The notes below the pieces were generated by a model. That model did no database searches. It was not told the origin of the DNA and worked only from the letters and a program-made list of their open reading frames with translations. Below are positions 11,127 through 20,504 of a stretch of DNA of 64,000 nucleotides, piece by piece. Position 1 is the first letter of the stretch. Each line of letters opens with the position of its first letter. Position numbers and translations under genes: made by a program. Source of the DNA: Escherichia phage vB_EcoM_ACG-C40; sequence record NC_019399.1; one strand, written 5' to 3'.

Positions 11127-12258
11127 TTATGGATAGGTGTAGATGATACCAGTTTCTAAAGCAGTTTTATGAATGATGTATCCATTGCGTGATTCTTGAA
11201 CATCAACTTCTGGATAGTCTTTCATCATCTTCTGAAGAGTGTAACGATGCAGGTAGTATTTACTGTCTGGATCTTCAGTTTTCCAATCTTTACCTTCTTC
11301 GGTCATTTTTTGGATTTCATCCATAACCCACCAACCGCACCAGATATAAGCTGAAGTACGATGTGGAAGAGGATGAACATAAGGTAGTTCACCTTCTGGT
11401 TCTGGAGCAACTTTATCAGTTACCTGAACTTGACCTTCTGCTGTAATAGTTTTGCTATCATAATCAGTTGCAGTAACGACAGCAGTAACTTCAATAGTTT
11501 GACTTCCAACAGATGAGGTATCGACAGTATATACGTTAGTTGACCCTTCTACAGGAGAAGAATCTTTCTTCCATGAGTAAGTAATTTGTGCTTCTTCTGG
11601 AGCACCCGTAACATTAGCCGTAAATGTAGCCGAAGCATCTTGCTGAACATTAATAGAAGGAGGAGTCAATGTAACCTGTGGATTCATTGTCTTCTTATTA
11701 ACTGTCAATGATACTTCATTAGAAGTAACTTCCTTTTCATTGTAATTTTCAGCAGTTACTTGCGCTACACACTTGATTTTTTTTAACTCCACTTGTGTCA
11801 GGAGTGTAATTGAATGTAGCGTCAGTTGCTTTGTCTACAGGAGAACCGTCAACGTGCCATTGATACGTAGGGTTTGCACCTGATGGCTGTGAAGCTAAGG
11901 CAGCGGTAAATTCAATTGGAGTTCCAATCACTCCAGCATCAGGGCTACCAGGAGTTACAGCTAAAGTAGTTGTTTGTGTCTTATTTTGAACTGTGATAGT
12001 TGTACTAATTTCTGCTGTTTCAGGTTCAGATTCTGCAACTTGATTGGTTGCAACTACTTTAATAGTCTTTTGACCGGCAGGTCCTTTTAGTACATAACTA
12101 AAAGTTGCTGACGTTTCTTCCTGTGGAGCGTCGTCTACAGTCCAAGCATATGTAATAGATCCATCTCCAGTTTGACCACTGGGTGTAGCAGTAAACTGCT
12201 GAGTCTGATCTATAACTCCAGTAGGTGTTTTAGGAGTTATATCAACTGTAAAAGTCAT
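11127..12258 (-). pseudogene. hoc: Head outer capsid protein Hoc, frame broken by a +1 shift in a homopolymer
   Basis: N-terminal ORF 11749..12258 (169 aa, MTFTVDITPKTPTG...) and C-terminal ORF 11127..11792 (221 aa) overlap in different frames; the junction is a run of 8 T at 11777-11784; removing one base joins them. Confidence 0.75.
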
Positions 12259-12267
12259 AAGTTATCC

Positions 12268-12948
12268 TTATTTTAATGTTACGAAAGAAGAGTTGCGTGT
12301 TTCACGAATTAAAACTGATCCGTCACGGTTAATGTAATAAATTAAGCTAAATAAAGTTTGGTGTGCTGACGCATGTTCAAAACTAGTTGGGTGAGATTTC
12401 CAATCAGGAGTTTCAGCAATCCATTGATAAATCCACCAAGGAACAGTACAGAATCCTGGATTTTTTCCAATCAACTGAAGATTCGGGCTAAAGTTTTCCG
12501 GAAGAGTAAATACAGACGGCTTTTCAGATTCAATAATCTCAGCTACAGCCTGTTCAAATTTTTCTTCAACAAATGGAGTATCTTCAATCAAAACATCGGT
12601 ATTTTCAGGAATTTTATCTGTTTCTACTACTTCAATTTTAATGTCAGATTTAACCGGAGAATCAATCAAAAGTGCTGCTTCTGGATTGACTTCTTCATCG
12701 TCATATTTTAACCCCTCTGCAGCATCAGCAGCATCAATTAAGTCTTTAATAGATAACCCATCAGTCTCCGGCATAGGTTCACTAGCGAGCTTCTGGAGGG
12801 CTTCTTCAATATCAACAACGATATTATCAAAAGATTTATTCTTTTTGACCTTTATACCAAACTGTTCAGCATATTCAGCTAATTTAGCTTTAGCTTCTTT
12901 GTTATCATCAAGAGCCTTCAGCTCTGCAATATAATCTTTATCTATCAT
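12268..12948 (-). CDS. inh: Inh-like protein (inhibitor of prohead protease), by position
   Basis: 226-aa acidic ORF between hoc and segE; synteny-based. Confidence 0.65.
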   Translation of the reverse strand: MIDKDYIAELKALDDNKEAKAKLAEYAEQFGIKVKKNKSFDNIVVDIEEALQKLASEPMPETDGLSIKDLIDAADAAEGLKYDDEEVNPEAALLIDSPVKSDIKIEVVETDKIPENTDVLIEDTPFVEEKFEQAVAEIIESEKPSVFTLPENFSPNLQLIGKNPGFCTVPWWIYQWIAETPDWKSHPTSFEHASAHQTLFSLIYYINRDGSVLIRETRNSSFVTLK

Positions 12949-12997
12949 AATATTTCCTCAGTATAAATATAGATATATTTATTACTCGGAAAATAGT

Positions 12998-13615
12998 ATG
13001 TACCACTTTGTATATGAAACAACAAATCTAATAAATGGTAAAAAGTATATAGGAAAACACTCTACTGATGACTTGAATGATGGTTACCTTGGTTCCGGTA
13101 AGGCAATTCAGCAGGCTATAAAGAAATATGGTGAAAACAATTTCTCTAGAACAATACTAAAAGAGTTTAAAACTTCCGAAGAAGCGTACATGTATGAAGA
13201 AGAAATTATAACTCCTGAAATAATAAAAAGCAAAAATTATTATAATATGAAACCTGGCGGAATTGGTGGAATTGTTATGACTACAGAGGTTATAGCAAAG
13301 ATGAAAGAATCTTCCGCTAAGAGATTTGAAAACTCACCGGGCACGGTATTAGGTACAACTTGTTACACTAATGGAACTAAAAATATTTTTATTAAGCCTG
13401 GAGAACTTGTTCCAGAAGGATTTGTAAAAGGGATGGTTCATCCTAATAGAAAGTCCAGAAAAGGATGTAAAGTCAAACCGACTACCACAGGAACTTTTTG
13501 GGTCAATAATGGTGCAATAAATAAATTAATACAACCAGACGGTATTATTCCCGACGGATTTATTAAAGGTCGTCTCATGAAAAGAGATTCTAAAGGCAAA
13601 TTTAGTAAGGCATAA
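12998..13615 (+). CDS. segE: GIY-YIG homing endonuclease SegE-like
   Basis: 205-aa ORF with N-terminal YHFVYETTNLINGKKYIGKH (GIY-YIG motif); T4 has segE between hoc and uvsW; late promoter TATAAATA at 12962-12969. Confidence 0.8.
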   Translation: MYHFVYETTNLINGKKYIGKHSTDDLNDGYLGSGKAIQQAIKKYGENNFSRTILKEFKTSEEAYMYEEEIITPEIIKSKNYYNMKPGGIGGIVMTTEVIAKMKESSAKRFENSPGTVLGTTCYTNGTKNIFIKPGELVPEGFVKGMVHPNRKSRKGCKVKPTTTGTFWVNNGAINKLIQPDGIIPDGFIKGRLMKRDSKGKFSKA

Positions 13616-13617
13616 TT

Positions 13618-15126
13618 ATGGATATTAAAGTACATTTTCACGACTTCAGTCATGTACGCATCGATTGTGAAGAGAGCACGTTCCACGAATTAAGAGATTT
13701 CTTTTCGTTTGAGGCCGATGGATATAGATTTAACCCTCGCTTCAGATATGGCAACTGGGATGGACGAATTCGTCTTTTAGATTATAATCGCCTTCTTCCA
13801 TTCGGTTTAGTCGGGCAAATTAAAAAGTTCTGCGATAACTTTGGCTATAAAGCCTGGATTGACCCACAGATTAACGAAAAAGAAGAATTATCAAGAAAAG
13901 ATTTTGATGAATGGCTTTCTAAATTAGAAATCTATTCAGGAAATAAAAGAATTGAACCGCATTGGTATCAAAAAGATGCAGTGTTCGAAGGATTAGTTAA
14001 TCGTCGTAGAATTCTTAATCTTCCAACATCCGCAGGTAAATCTTTAATTCAAGCTTTGCTTGCTCGGTATTATTTGGAAAATTATGAAGGCAAAATTCTT
14101 ATTATTGTTCCAACAACTGCTCTGACAACTCAGATGGCTGATGACTTTGTTGACTATCGTTTATTCAGTCATGCAATGATAAAGAAAATCGGTGGTGGAG
14201 CATCAAAAGATGATAAATATAAAAATGATGCACCGGTCGTTGTTGGTACATGGCAAACTGTAGTAAAACAACCGAAAGAATGGTTCTCACAGTTTGGAAT
14301 GATGATGAATGATGAATGTCATCTTGCTACAGGAAAAAGTATTTCATCTATCATATCAGGTTTAAATAACTGCATGTTCAAATTCGGTTTGTCTGGTTCA
14401 TTACGTGATGGCAAAGCCAATATCATGCAGTATGTTGGAATGTTCGGTGAAATATTTAAGCCAGTAACGACCTCTAAATTAATGGAAGATGGACAAGTAA
14501 CTGAGTTAAAAATTAATAGTATTTTTCTTCGCTATCCCGATGAGTTCACTACTAAATTAAAGGGAAAAACTTATCAAGAAGAAATAAAAATTATTACTGG
14601 GCTTAGTAAAAGAAATAAATGGATCGCTAAATTAGCTATTAAGCTTGCGCAAAAAGATGAAAACGCTTTTGTCATGTTTAAACATGTATCGCACGGTAAA
14701 GCTATTTTCGATTTAATTAAAAATGAATACGATAAAGTTTATTACGTATCAGGGGAAGTTGATACCGAAACCCGCAATATAATGAAAACCTTAGCTGAAA
14801 ATGGTAAAGGAATAATTATAGTAGCGAGTTATGGTGTATTTTCTACTGGTATTTCAGTTAAAAATCTGCATCATGTTGTTTTAGCGCACGGTGTTAAATC
14901 TAAAATTATTGTATTGCAAACAATAGGTCGCGTATTACGTAAGCATGGTTCTAAGACAATAGCAACAGTCTGGGACCTCATAGATGACGCGGGCGTGGTT
15001 TCTAAATCAAAAACATCTTCTAAAAAATACTCGCATTTAAACTATCTTTTAAAACATGGACTTGATCGTATTCAGCGTTATGCTGATGAAAAGTTTAATT
15101 ATGTGATGAAAGAGGTTAAACTTTGA
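13618..15126 (+). CDS. uvsW: UvsW DNA/RNA helicase
   Basis: 502-aa ORF starting MDIKVHFHDFSHVRIDCEESTFHEL with helicase motifs; matches T4 UvsW. Confidence 0.95.
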   Translation: MDIKVHFHDFSHVRIDCEESTFHELRDFFSFEADGYRFNPRFRYGNWDGRIRLLDYNRLLPFGLVGQIKKFCDNFGYKAWIDPQINEKEELSRKDFDEWLSKLEIYSGNKRIEPHWYQKDAVFEGLVNRRRILNLPTSAGKSLIQALLARYYLENYEGKILIIVPTTALTTQMADDFVDYRLFSHAMIKKIGGGASKDDKYKNDAPVVVGTWQTVVKQPKEWFSQFGMMMNDECHLATGKSISSIISGLNNCMFKFGLSGSLRDGKANIMQYVGMFGEIFKPVTTSKLMEDGQVTELKINSIFLRYPDEFTTKLKGKTYQEEIKIITGLSKRNKWIAKLAIKLAQKDENAFVMFKHVSHGKAIFDLIKNEYDKVYYVSGEVDTETRNIMKTLAENGKGIIIVASYGVFSTGISVKNLHHVVLAHGVKSKIIVLQTIGRVLRKHGSKTIATVWDLIDDAGVVSKSKTSSKKYSHLNYLLKHGLDRIQRYADEKFNYVMKEVKL

Positions 15127-15815
15127 ATTATAAATTAATATATGATAATTTAATTAATAGAGCCCAGAATCGGGCTCGCCTTAATGGATACACTGAAACT
15201 CATCATATAATTCCTAGATGTATGGGTGGTACAGATGATAGGTGTAATTTAGTAGAACTAACAGCTGAAGAACATTTTATAGCCCATAAACTTTTAGCTA
15301 AAATTCATCCAAATCATTACGGTATAATTAAAGCCGTTATATGTATGGGAATGAACTCAAAGACTCATGAAAGACACGTTAATAAATCTTACGCATGGGA
15401 ACGTCGTAAAATGGCAGAACTTCAATCCGGTGAAGGTAATCCATTTTACGGAAAACACCATACGGAAGAACATAAACAATATATGTCAAAACTCATGAAA
15501 AGTCGTCCAATTACATGGGGAAATAAAATTAGTAAAACTAAAAGAATGAACCCAACAAAATGGACCGAAGAAGCTAAAAGATTACATTCAATCAATCAAT
15601 CGGGTAAAAATAATGGCATGTATGGAAGGAAACATTCCGCTAAATCTATTCAGAAAATTAAAGATAACATGCCAGATAATTCAGGAGCTAATAACCCAGC
15701 TGCTAAACCTATAGAAGTAAATGGTGTTAAATATAAATGTATGAAAGACGCTTCTAAAGCTACTGGATTATCAATGTACAAACTAAGAATACTCAGAAAA
15801 ACAGTTAATTTATAA
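15123..15815 (+). CDS. HNH homing endonuclease (free-standing), TTG start
   Basis: 230-aa ORF with HNH motif THHIIPRCMGG...N...EEHFIAH, repeated GxxN(P)xYGKxHS motifs and a C-terminal helix-turn-helix-like segment; no in-frame ATG before the HNH motif; TTG at 15123 overlaps the uvsW TGA and lies 7 nt after AGAGG. Confidence 0.8.
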   Translation: MNYKLIYDNLINRAQNRARLNGYTETHHIIPRCMGGTDDRCNLVELTAEEHFIAHKLLAKIHPNHYGIIKAVICMGMNSKTHERHVNKSYAWERRKMAELQSGEGNPFYGKHHTEEHKQYMSKLMKSRPITWGNKISKTKRMNPTKWTEEAKRLHSINQSGKNNGMYGRKHSAKSIQKIKDNMPDNSGANNPAAKPIEVNGVKYKCMKDASKATGLSMYKLRILRKTVNL

Positions 15816-15830
15816 GGGCTTCGGCCCTTT
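15816..15830 (+). terminator. Short hairpin after the HNH gene (possible terminator or processing site)
   Basis: GGGC-TTCG-GCCC followed by TTT, immediately before the uvsW.1 Shine-Dalgarno. Confidence 0.4.
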
Positions 15831-15840
15831 GGAGAAAAAG

Positions 15841-16071
15841 ATGTTACTAGAATTTAAACAATTTCTTTATGAAGCTTCTATTGATGAATTTATGGGTAAA
15901 ATTGCCTCTTGTCAAACATTAGAAGGTTTAGAAGAACTTGAAGCTTATTATAAGAAAAGAGTTAAAGAAACTGAATTAAAAGATACTGATGACATCTCAG
16001 TCAGAGATGCTTTGGCAGGAAAAAGAGCTGAATTAGAAGATTCAGACGATGAAGTAGAAGAAAGCTTTTAA
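15841..16071 (+). CDS. uvsW.1: UvsW.1 small acidic protein
   Basis: ORF-track start 15829 is TTG; ATG at 15841 gives 76 aa (MLLEFKQFLYEAS...), the recalled T4 UvsW.1 length; GGAG upstream. Confidence 0.7.
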   Translation: MLLEFKQFLYEASIDEFMGKIASCQTLEGLEELEAYYKKRVKETELKDTDDISVRDALAGKRAELEDSDDEVEESF

Positions 16072-16126
16072 ATTAAAAAAGGCCCAACCAAAAAGGAAGG
16101 GCCAAAACTATAGACTAAAGGTCACA

Positions 16127-16294
16127 CTATAGCAAAAGTTGCGTTTCATTTAATTGTTCTTCCGAACTTTCTGAAACTGGTAGTTCTTTAATGTAATTAT
16201 AGCAAGGCCCAGGATGTACAGGACCTTTGTCTGTTTCAACAACCAATGCAGAATCGATTGGAGTTTTACAGACAACACAAATCTTATCTGACAT
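16127..16294 (-). CDS. Hypothetical 55-aa Cys-containing protein
   Basis: ATG at 16294 preceded by GGAG at 7 nt; MSDKICVVCKTPIDS...; minus-strand TATAAATA at 16320-16327; hairpin plus T-run downstream at about 16075-16103. Confidence 0.4.
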   Translation of the reverse strand: MSDKICVVCKTPIDSALVVETDKGPVHPGPCYNYIKELPVSESSEEQLNETQLLL

Positions 16295-16322
16295 GATTGT
16301 CTCCTCTGAATTATATATCTAT

Positions 16323-16547
16323 TTATACAACTCTCATATGCATATCAATGCCCATATCTTTAGAATAAAAATATTCATCAAGATATCCGGCAAATTTTCC
16401 TTTAATATAAAGAACATCTTCACCGCACGGGTGGTCGGCCAGGATACGAATATCCTGACGCTTGAGATTATACTTTTTCATTAAGAATTGAATTTCCGTT
16501 TCGAATTCTTCTTCATAATTAAAAGCATCATCAATGCTATATTTCAT
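16323..16547 (-). CDS. Hypothetical protein (uvsY.-2-like position)
   Basis: 74-aa ORF downstream of uvsY, ATGA-type overlap with uvsY stop. Confidence 0.55.
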   Translation of the reverse strand: MKYSIDDAFNYEEEFETEIQFLMKKYNLKRQDIRILADHPCGEDVLYIKGKFAGYLDEYFYSKDMGIDMHMRVV

Positions 16548-16960
16548 TATTTTCCAGCCTCAAATGCTCGCATGTCTTGAATATGCTTAATAGCAAATCC
16601 GCGTGATTTAATAGCATCAAGAGCTCCGCTACAGAAATCCAATAAAATCCCCCAATACTGCAACGAGGTATCAACCTTTAAAACATCCTTATCAGCTGAT
16701 AGAACTGTCTTCATTTCTGATTTCTCGTAACGATCCATACTAAATTCATCACCATCTCCTCGTCCCGAGTAGTAGTCTAATTTAGCTTTAAGAGCAACTT
16801 TTTTCTGTGCATCAATTCTAAGCATTTCCTTTTTAATACTTGAATGCTTATTAAGCCATTTACTATATAACATCACATTATTAGCTGCTTCATACTGTAA
16901 TTTAGTCGAATCTATAAACACATCTTTCTTCAATTCTTCTTGAAGATCTTCTAATCTCAT
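16547..16960 (-). CDS. uvsY: UvsY recombination mediator
   Basis: 137-aa ORF MRLEDLQEELKKDVFIDSTKLQYEAANN..., matches T4 UvsY. Confidence 0.95.
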   Translation of the reverse strand: MRLEDLQEELKKDVFIDSTKLQYEAANNVMLYSKWLNKHSSIKKEMLRIDAQKKVALKAKLDYYSGRGDGDEFSMDRYEKSEMKTVLSADKDVLKVDTSLQYWGILLDFCSGALDAIKSRGFAIKHIQDMRAFEAGK

Positions 16961-17026
16961 ATTGTTCTCTATTCAATTGTTATTGGATGGACTTAGATTC
17001 ATTATACCACGTTTATACGTGAAGCA

Positions 17027-17425
17027 TTATACTCTATTACTGGAAGCCAGTTGTAGTTTTATCTGCTCAATATCATCAGGGTTATCGATGACTGAAAAGC
17101 GTATTTCTACTATCAAAGTATAATCATCATAAACCGGTATTACATTAACTGCTAATTTATCAATACGTGGCTCATAGTTTCTTACTGCGCTTTCGATATT
17201 ACGCTCAACCGTGTCAGCAGTAAGAGGAGTCATATTCTCAAAAAGTTGGTCAGATAAATCGCATCCAAATTCAGGGTCAAACGGTCTTGAACCTTTTCTT
17301 GTTGTAATAATTCCTAAAAGACTATTTTTAATTGACCTTAATCCAAGTGATCTTGAAACGTCTTTGTTCCAATCCATTTTCATCTCTGGGTCAATATCAG
17401 AATAAAGCTTATTAATATTTGCCAT
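17027..17425 (-). CDS. 25: Baseplate wedge protein gp25
   Basis: 132-aa ORF, lysozyme-like fold family by recalled homology; T4 length and position. Confidence 0.9.
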   Translation of the reverse strand: MANINKLYSDIDPEMKMDWNKDVSRSLGLRSIKNSLLGIITTRKGSRPFDPEFGCDLSDQLFENMTPLTADTVERNIESAVRNYEPRIDKLAVNVIPVYDDYTLIVEIRFSVIDNPDDIEQIKLQLASSNRV

Positions 17426-18051
17426 TACAATAGCTCAAAGAATTCTTTGAGTCCTCTTATTACATGAGCGTGAGTTTTTCCACACTCTGGACACTTAATT
17501 GGAACAGCCAAATAAACAGTAGGCTTTAAAAGCATATCTTTTATAGCTACAATATCTGACTCTGTGATGATAGAATATAAATCTTCTAGTTCCTTTTCAT
17601 TTAAGTCTTCAACTGGAATGCTTTCCCCGTTAGCATGAATCGTTTCTATACATGATACTATCATGTGGGCTATATTTTTATCATCAAAAATTTTAGGGTA
17701 TCGGAATTTAATTTTAATGTCACCCAGTGTATACCAAAGGTCTTCTGGTGCATCTATTTGTGTATGTAATAGATTTATATGGGTTGGTATTTCAGTTCCG
17801 CAGGTGCACTTCCAGGAGTTTTCGTGATTAACTTCTCCAAGAGAATGCGCCCATAAATGAATCAACAATAGTTCTGATTCTTGGCGATTTAAATCTTTTG
17901 CATTTGTACAGTCTTTGATTAGCTTTTTAACAATCTCTTCTACTGAACCATTCTTTTTAGCAGTAATAAGTTCTAGATATTCTTTAAGAGTAAATGCGCG
18001 ACAGTTGATTATTTTAGAACCAACTCTCACATCAAATTTGTATTCATACAT
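17425..18051 (-). CDS. 26: Baseplate hub protein gp26
   Basis: 208-aa ORF, T4 length and position. Confidence 0.85.
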   Translation of the reverse strand: MYEYKFDVRVGSKIINCRAFTLKEYLELITAKKNGSVEEIVKKLIKDCTNAKDLNRQESELLLIHLWAHSLGEVNHENSWKCTCGTEIPTHINLLHTQIDAPEDLWYTLGDIKIKFRYPKIFDDKNIAHMIVSCIETIHANGESIPVEDLNEKELEDLYSIITESDIVAIKDMLLKPTVYLAVPIKCPECGKTHAHVIRGLKEFFELL

Positions 18052-18072
18052 ATTTAGCTCCTTTATTTATCA

Positions 18073-18084
18073 TATTTATAAATA
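18073..18084. promoter_or_regulatory. Overlapping divergent late promoters (palindrome TATTTATAAATA) for genes 26 and 51
   Basis: TATAAATA on plus at 18077-18084 and on minus at 18080-18073, between divergent starts 18051 and 18102. Confidence 0.55.
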
Positions 18085-18101
18085 GAATAAAAGGAGCATC
18101 T

Positions 18102-18854
18102 ATGGCAAACATTATTCGTTGTAAATTACCAGATGGTGTTCATCGTTTTAAACCATTTACGGTAGAAGATTATCGAGATTTTTTGTTAGTTCGAAACGAT
18201 ATAGAACATCGGTCACCACAAGAACAAAAAGAAATAATTACTGATTTAATTGATGATTATTTTGGAGACTATCCGAAGACTTGGCAACCATTTATATTTT
18301 TGCAGGCATTTGTAGGTTCAATAGGTAAAACTAAAGTACCAGTCACATTTGTATGTCCAAAATGTAAAAAAGAAAAGACAGTTCCATTTGAAATATATCA
18401 AAAAGAATTAAAGGAACCTATTTTTGATGTAGCTAATGTTAAAATTAAATTAAATTTTCCTTCTGAGTTTTATGAAAATAAAGCAAAGATGATTACTGAA
18501 AATATTCATTCTGTTCAAGTAGATGAAATGTGGTATGATTGGAAGGAAATTAGTGAATCGAGTCAAATAGAACTTGTTGACGCCATCGAGATAGAAACAT
18601 TAGAAAAAATTCTCGATGCAATGAATCCTATTAATTTAACATTGCACATGTCGTGTTGTGATAAGTACATTAAAAAATACACTGATATAGTAGATGTGTT
18701 TAAGCTATTAGTTAATCCAGATGAGATATTTACTTTTTATCAAATTAATCACACGCTTGTAAAAAGTAATTATAGCTTAAATTCAATAATGAAAATGATT
18801 CCTGCCGAGCGCGGATTCGTATTAAAACTGATTGAGAAGGATAAACATCAATGA
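18102..18854 (+). CDS. 51: Baseplate hub assembly protein gp51
   Basis: 250-aa ORF, Cys-rich motifs, T4 position. Confidence 0.85.
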   Translation: MANIIRCKLPDGVHRFKPFTVEDYRDFLLVRNDIEHRSPQEQKEIITDLIDDYFGDYPKTWQPFIFLQAFVGSIGKTKVPVTFVCPKCKKEKTVPFEIYQKELKEPIFDVANVKIKLNFPSEFYENKAKMITENIHSVQVDEMWYDWKEISESSQIELVDAIEIETLEKILDAMNPINLTLHMSCCDKYIKKYTDIVDVFKLLVNPDEIFTFYQINHTLVKSNYSLNSIMKMIPAERGFVLKLIEKDKHQ

Positions 18855-20023
18855 GTATGTTACAACGTCCTGGATATCCAAATCTCAGCGTTAAATTATT
18901 TGAGAGTTATGACGCTTGGAGTAATAATAGATTTGTTGAATTAGCTGCTACTATTACCACATTAACTATGCGTGACTCTCTTTATGGTCGAAATGAAGGA
19001 ATGCTGCAGTTTTATGATTCTAAAAATATCCACACAAAAATGGATGGAAATGAAATAATTCAAATTTCTGTAGCTAATGCAAACGATATTAATAATGTTA
19101 AAACACGAATTTATGGATGCAAGCATTTTTCCGTGTCAGTAGATTCAAAAGGCGATAACATCATTGCTATTGAATTGGGAACTATTCATTCTATAGAAAA
19201 TCTTAAATTTGGTAGACCATTTTTCCCTGATGCAGGTGAATCTATAAAAGAAATGCTTGGTGTCATTTATCAAGACCGCACATTATTAACTCCAGCAATA
19301 AATGCTATAAATGCTTATGTTCCTGATATTCCATGGACTAGTACATTTGAAAATTATTTGTCCTATGTAAGAGAAGTTGCTCTAGCTGTAGGAAGTGACA
19401 AATTTGTATTTGTGTGGCAAGACATCATGGGAGTTAACATGATGGACTATGATATGATGATAAATCAAGAACCATATCCAATGATTGTAGGTGAGCCAAC
19501 TTTAATAGGTCAATTCGTCCAAGAATTGAAATATCCATTAGCATATGATTTTGTTTGGTTGACTAAATCAAACCCGCATAAACGTGATCCAATGAAAAAT
19601 GCTACTATCTATGCTCATTCGTTTTTAGATTCTTCACTGCCAATGATTACTACAGGAAAGGGTGAAAACTCTATTGTAGTGTCAAGGTCAGGTGCTTATT
19701 CTGAAATGACTTATAGGAATGGCTATGAAGAAGCTATTCGTCTTCAAACTATGGCGCAATATGATGGCTATGCTAAATGTTCTACTGTCGGTAATTTTAA
19801 CTTGACTCCTGGTGTTAAAATTATTTTTAATGATAGTAAAAACCAATTTAAAACAGAATTTTACGTTGATGAAGTTATCCATGAATTATCAAATAATAAT
19901 TCAGTAACTCATCTATATATGTTCACTAATGCAACGAAACTGGAAACAATAGACCCAGTTAAGGTTAAAAATGAATTTAAATCTGATACTACCACTGAAG
20001 AAAGTAGTTCTTCCAATAAGTAA
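18851..20023 (+). CDS. 27: Baseplate hub protein gp27
   Basis: 390-aa ORF starting [17 protein letters not shown], matches recalled T4 gp27. Confidence 0.9.
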   Translation: MSMLQRPGYPNLSVKLFESYDAWSNNRFVELAATITTLTMRDSLYGRNEGMLQFYDSKNIHTKMDGNEIIQISVANANDINNVKTRIYGCKHFSVSVDSKGDNIIAIELGTIHSIENLKFGRPFFPDAGESIKEMLGVIYQDRTLLTPAINAINAYVPDIPWTSTFENYLSYVREVALAVGSDKFVFVWQDIMGVNMMDYDMMINQEPYPMIVGEPTLIGQFVQELKYPLAYDFVWLTKSNPHKRDPMKNATIYAHSFLDSSLPMITTGKGENSIVVSRSGAYSEMTYRNGYEEAIRLQTMAQYDGYAKCSTVGNFNLTPGVKIIFNDSKNQFKTEFYVDEVIHELSNNNSVTHLYMFTNATKLETIDPVKVKNEFKSDTTTEESSSSNK

Positions 20024-20504
20024 TAAAGAAGTTTCTATTCCTAAGATGGGTCTTAAACATTATAACATTTTAAAAGATGTTAAAGGTCCTGATGAAAATT
20101 TAAAACTTCTTATTGATTCTATTTGTCCGAATTTATCACCGGCAGAAGTTGATTTCGTTTCTATTCATTTATTGGAATTTAATGGAAAGATTAAATCTCG
20201 TAAAGAAATAGATGGTTATACTTATGATATTAATGACGTTTATGTATGTCAAAGATTGGAATTTCAATACCAAGGAAATACATTTTATTTTAGACCTCCT
20301 GGAAAATTTGAACAATTTTTAACGGTGAGCGATATGTTATCTAAATGCTTGCTTAAGGTCAACGATGAAGTTAAAGAAATTAATTTTCTTGAGATGCCAG
20401 CATTCGTTTTAAAATGGGCAAATGATATTTTTACAACTTTAGCAATTCCTGGCCCTAATGGTCCAATAACTGGAATTGGCAATATTATTGGATTATTTGA
20501 ATGA
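19971..20504 (+). CDS. 28: Baseplate hub distal subunit gp28
   Basis: 177-aa ORF, T4 length and position. Confidence 0.85.
   Translation: MNLNLILPLKKVVLPISNKEVSIPKMGLKHYNILKDVKGPDENLKLLIDSICPNLSPAEVDFVSIHLLEFNGKIKSRKEIDGYTYDINDVYVCQRLEFQYQGNTFYFRPPGKFEQFLTVSDMLSKCLLKVNDEVKEINFLEMPAFVLKWANDIFTTLAIPGPNGPITGIGNIIGLFE

Noticed and set aside
16227-16484. 85-aa plus-strand ORF
   Set aside because: Overlaps better-supported minus-strand ORFs (small Cys ORF and uvsY.-2-like) and has no ribosome-binding site.
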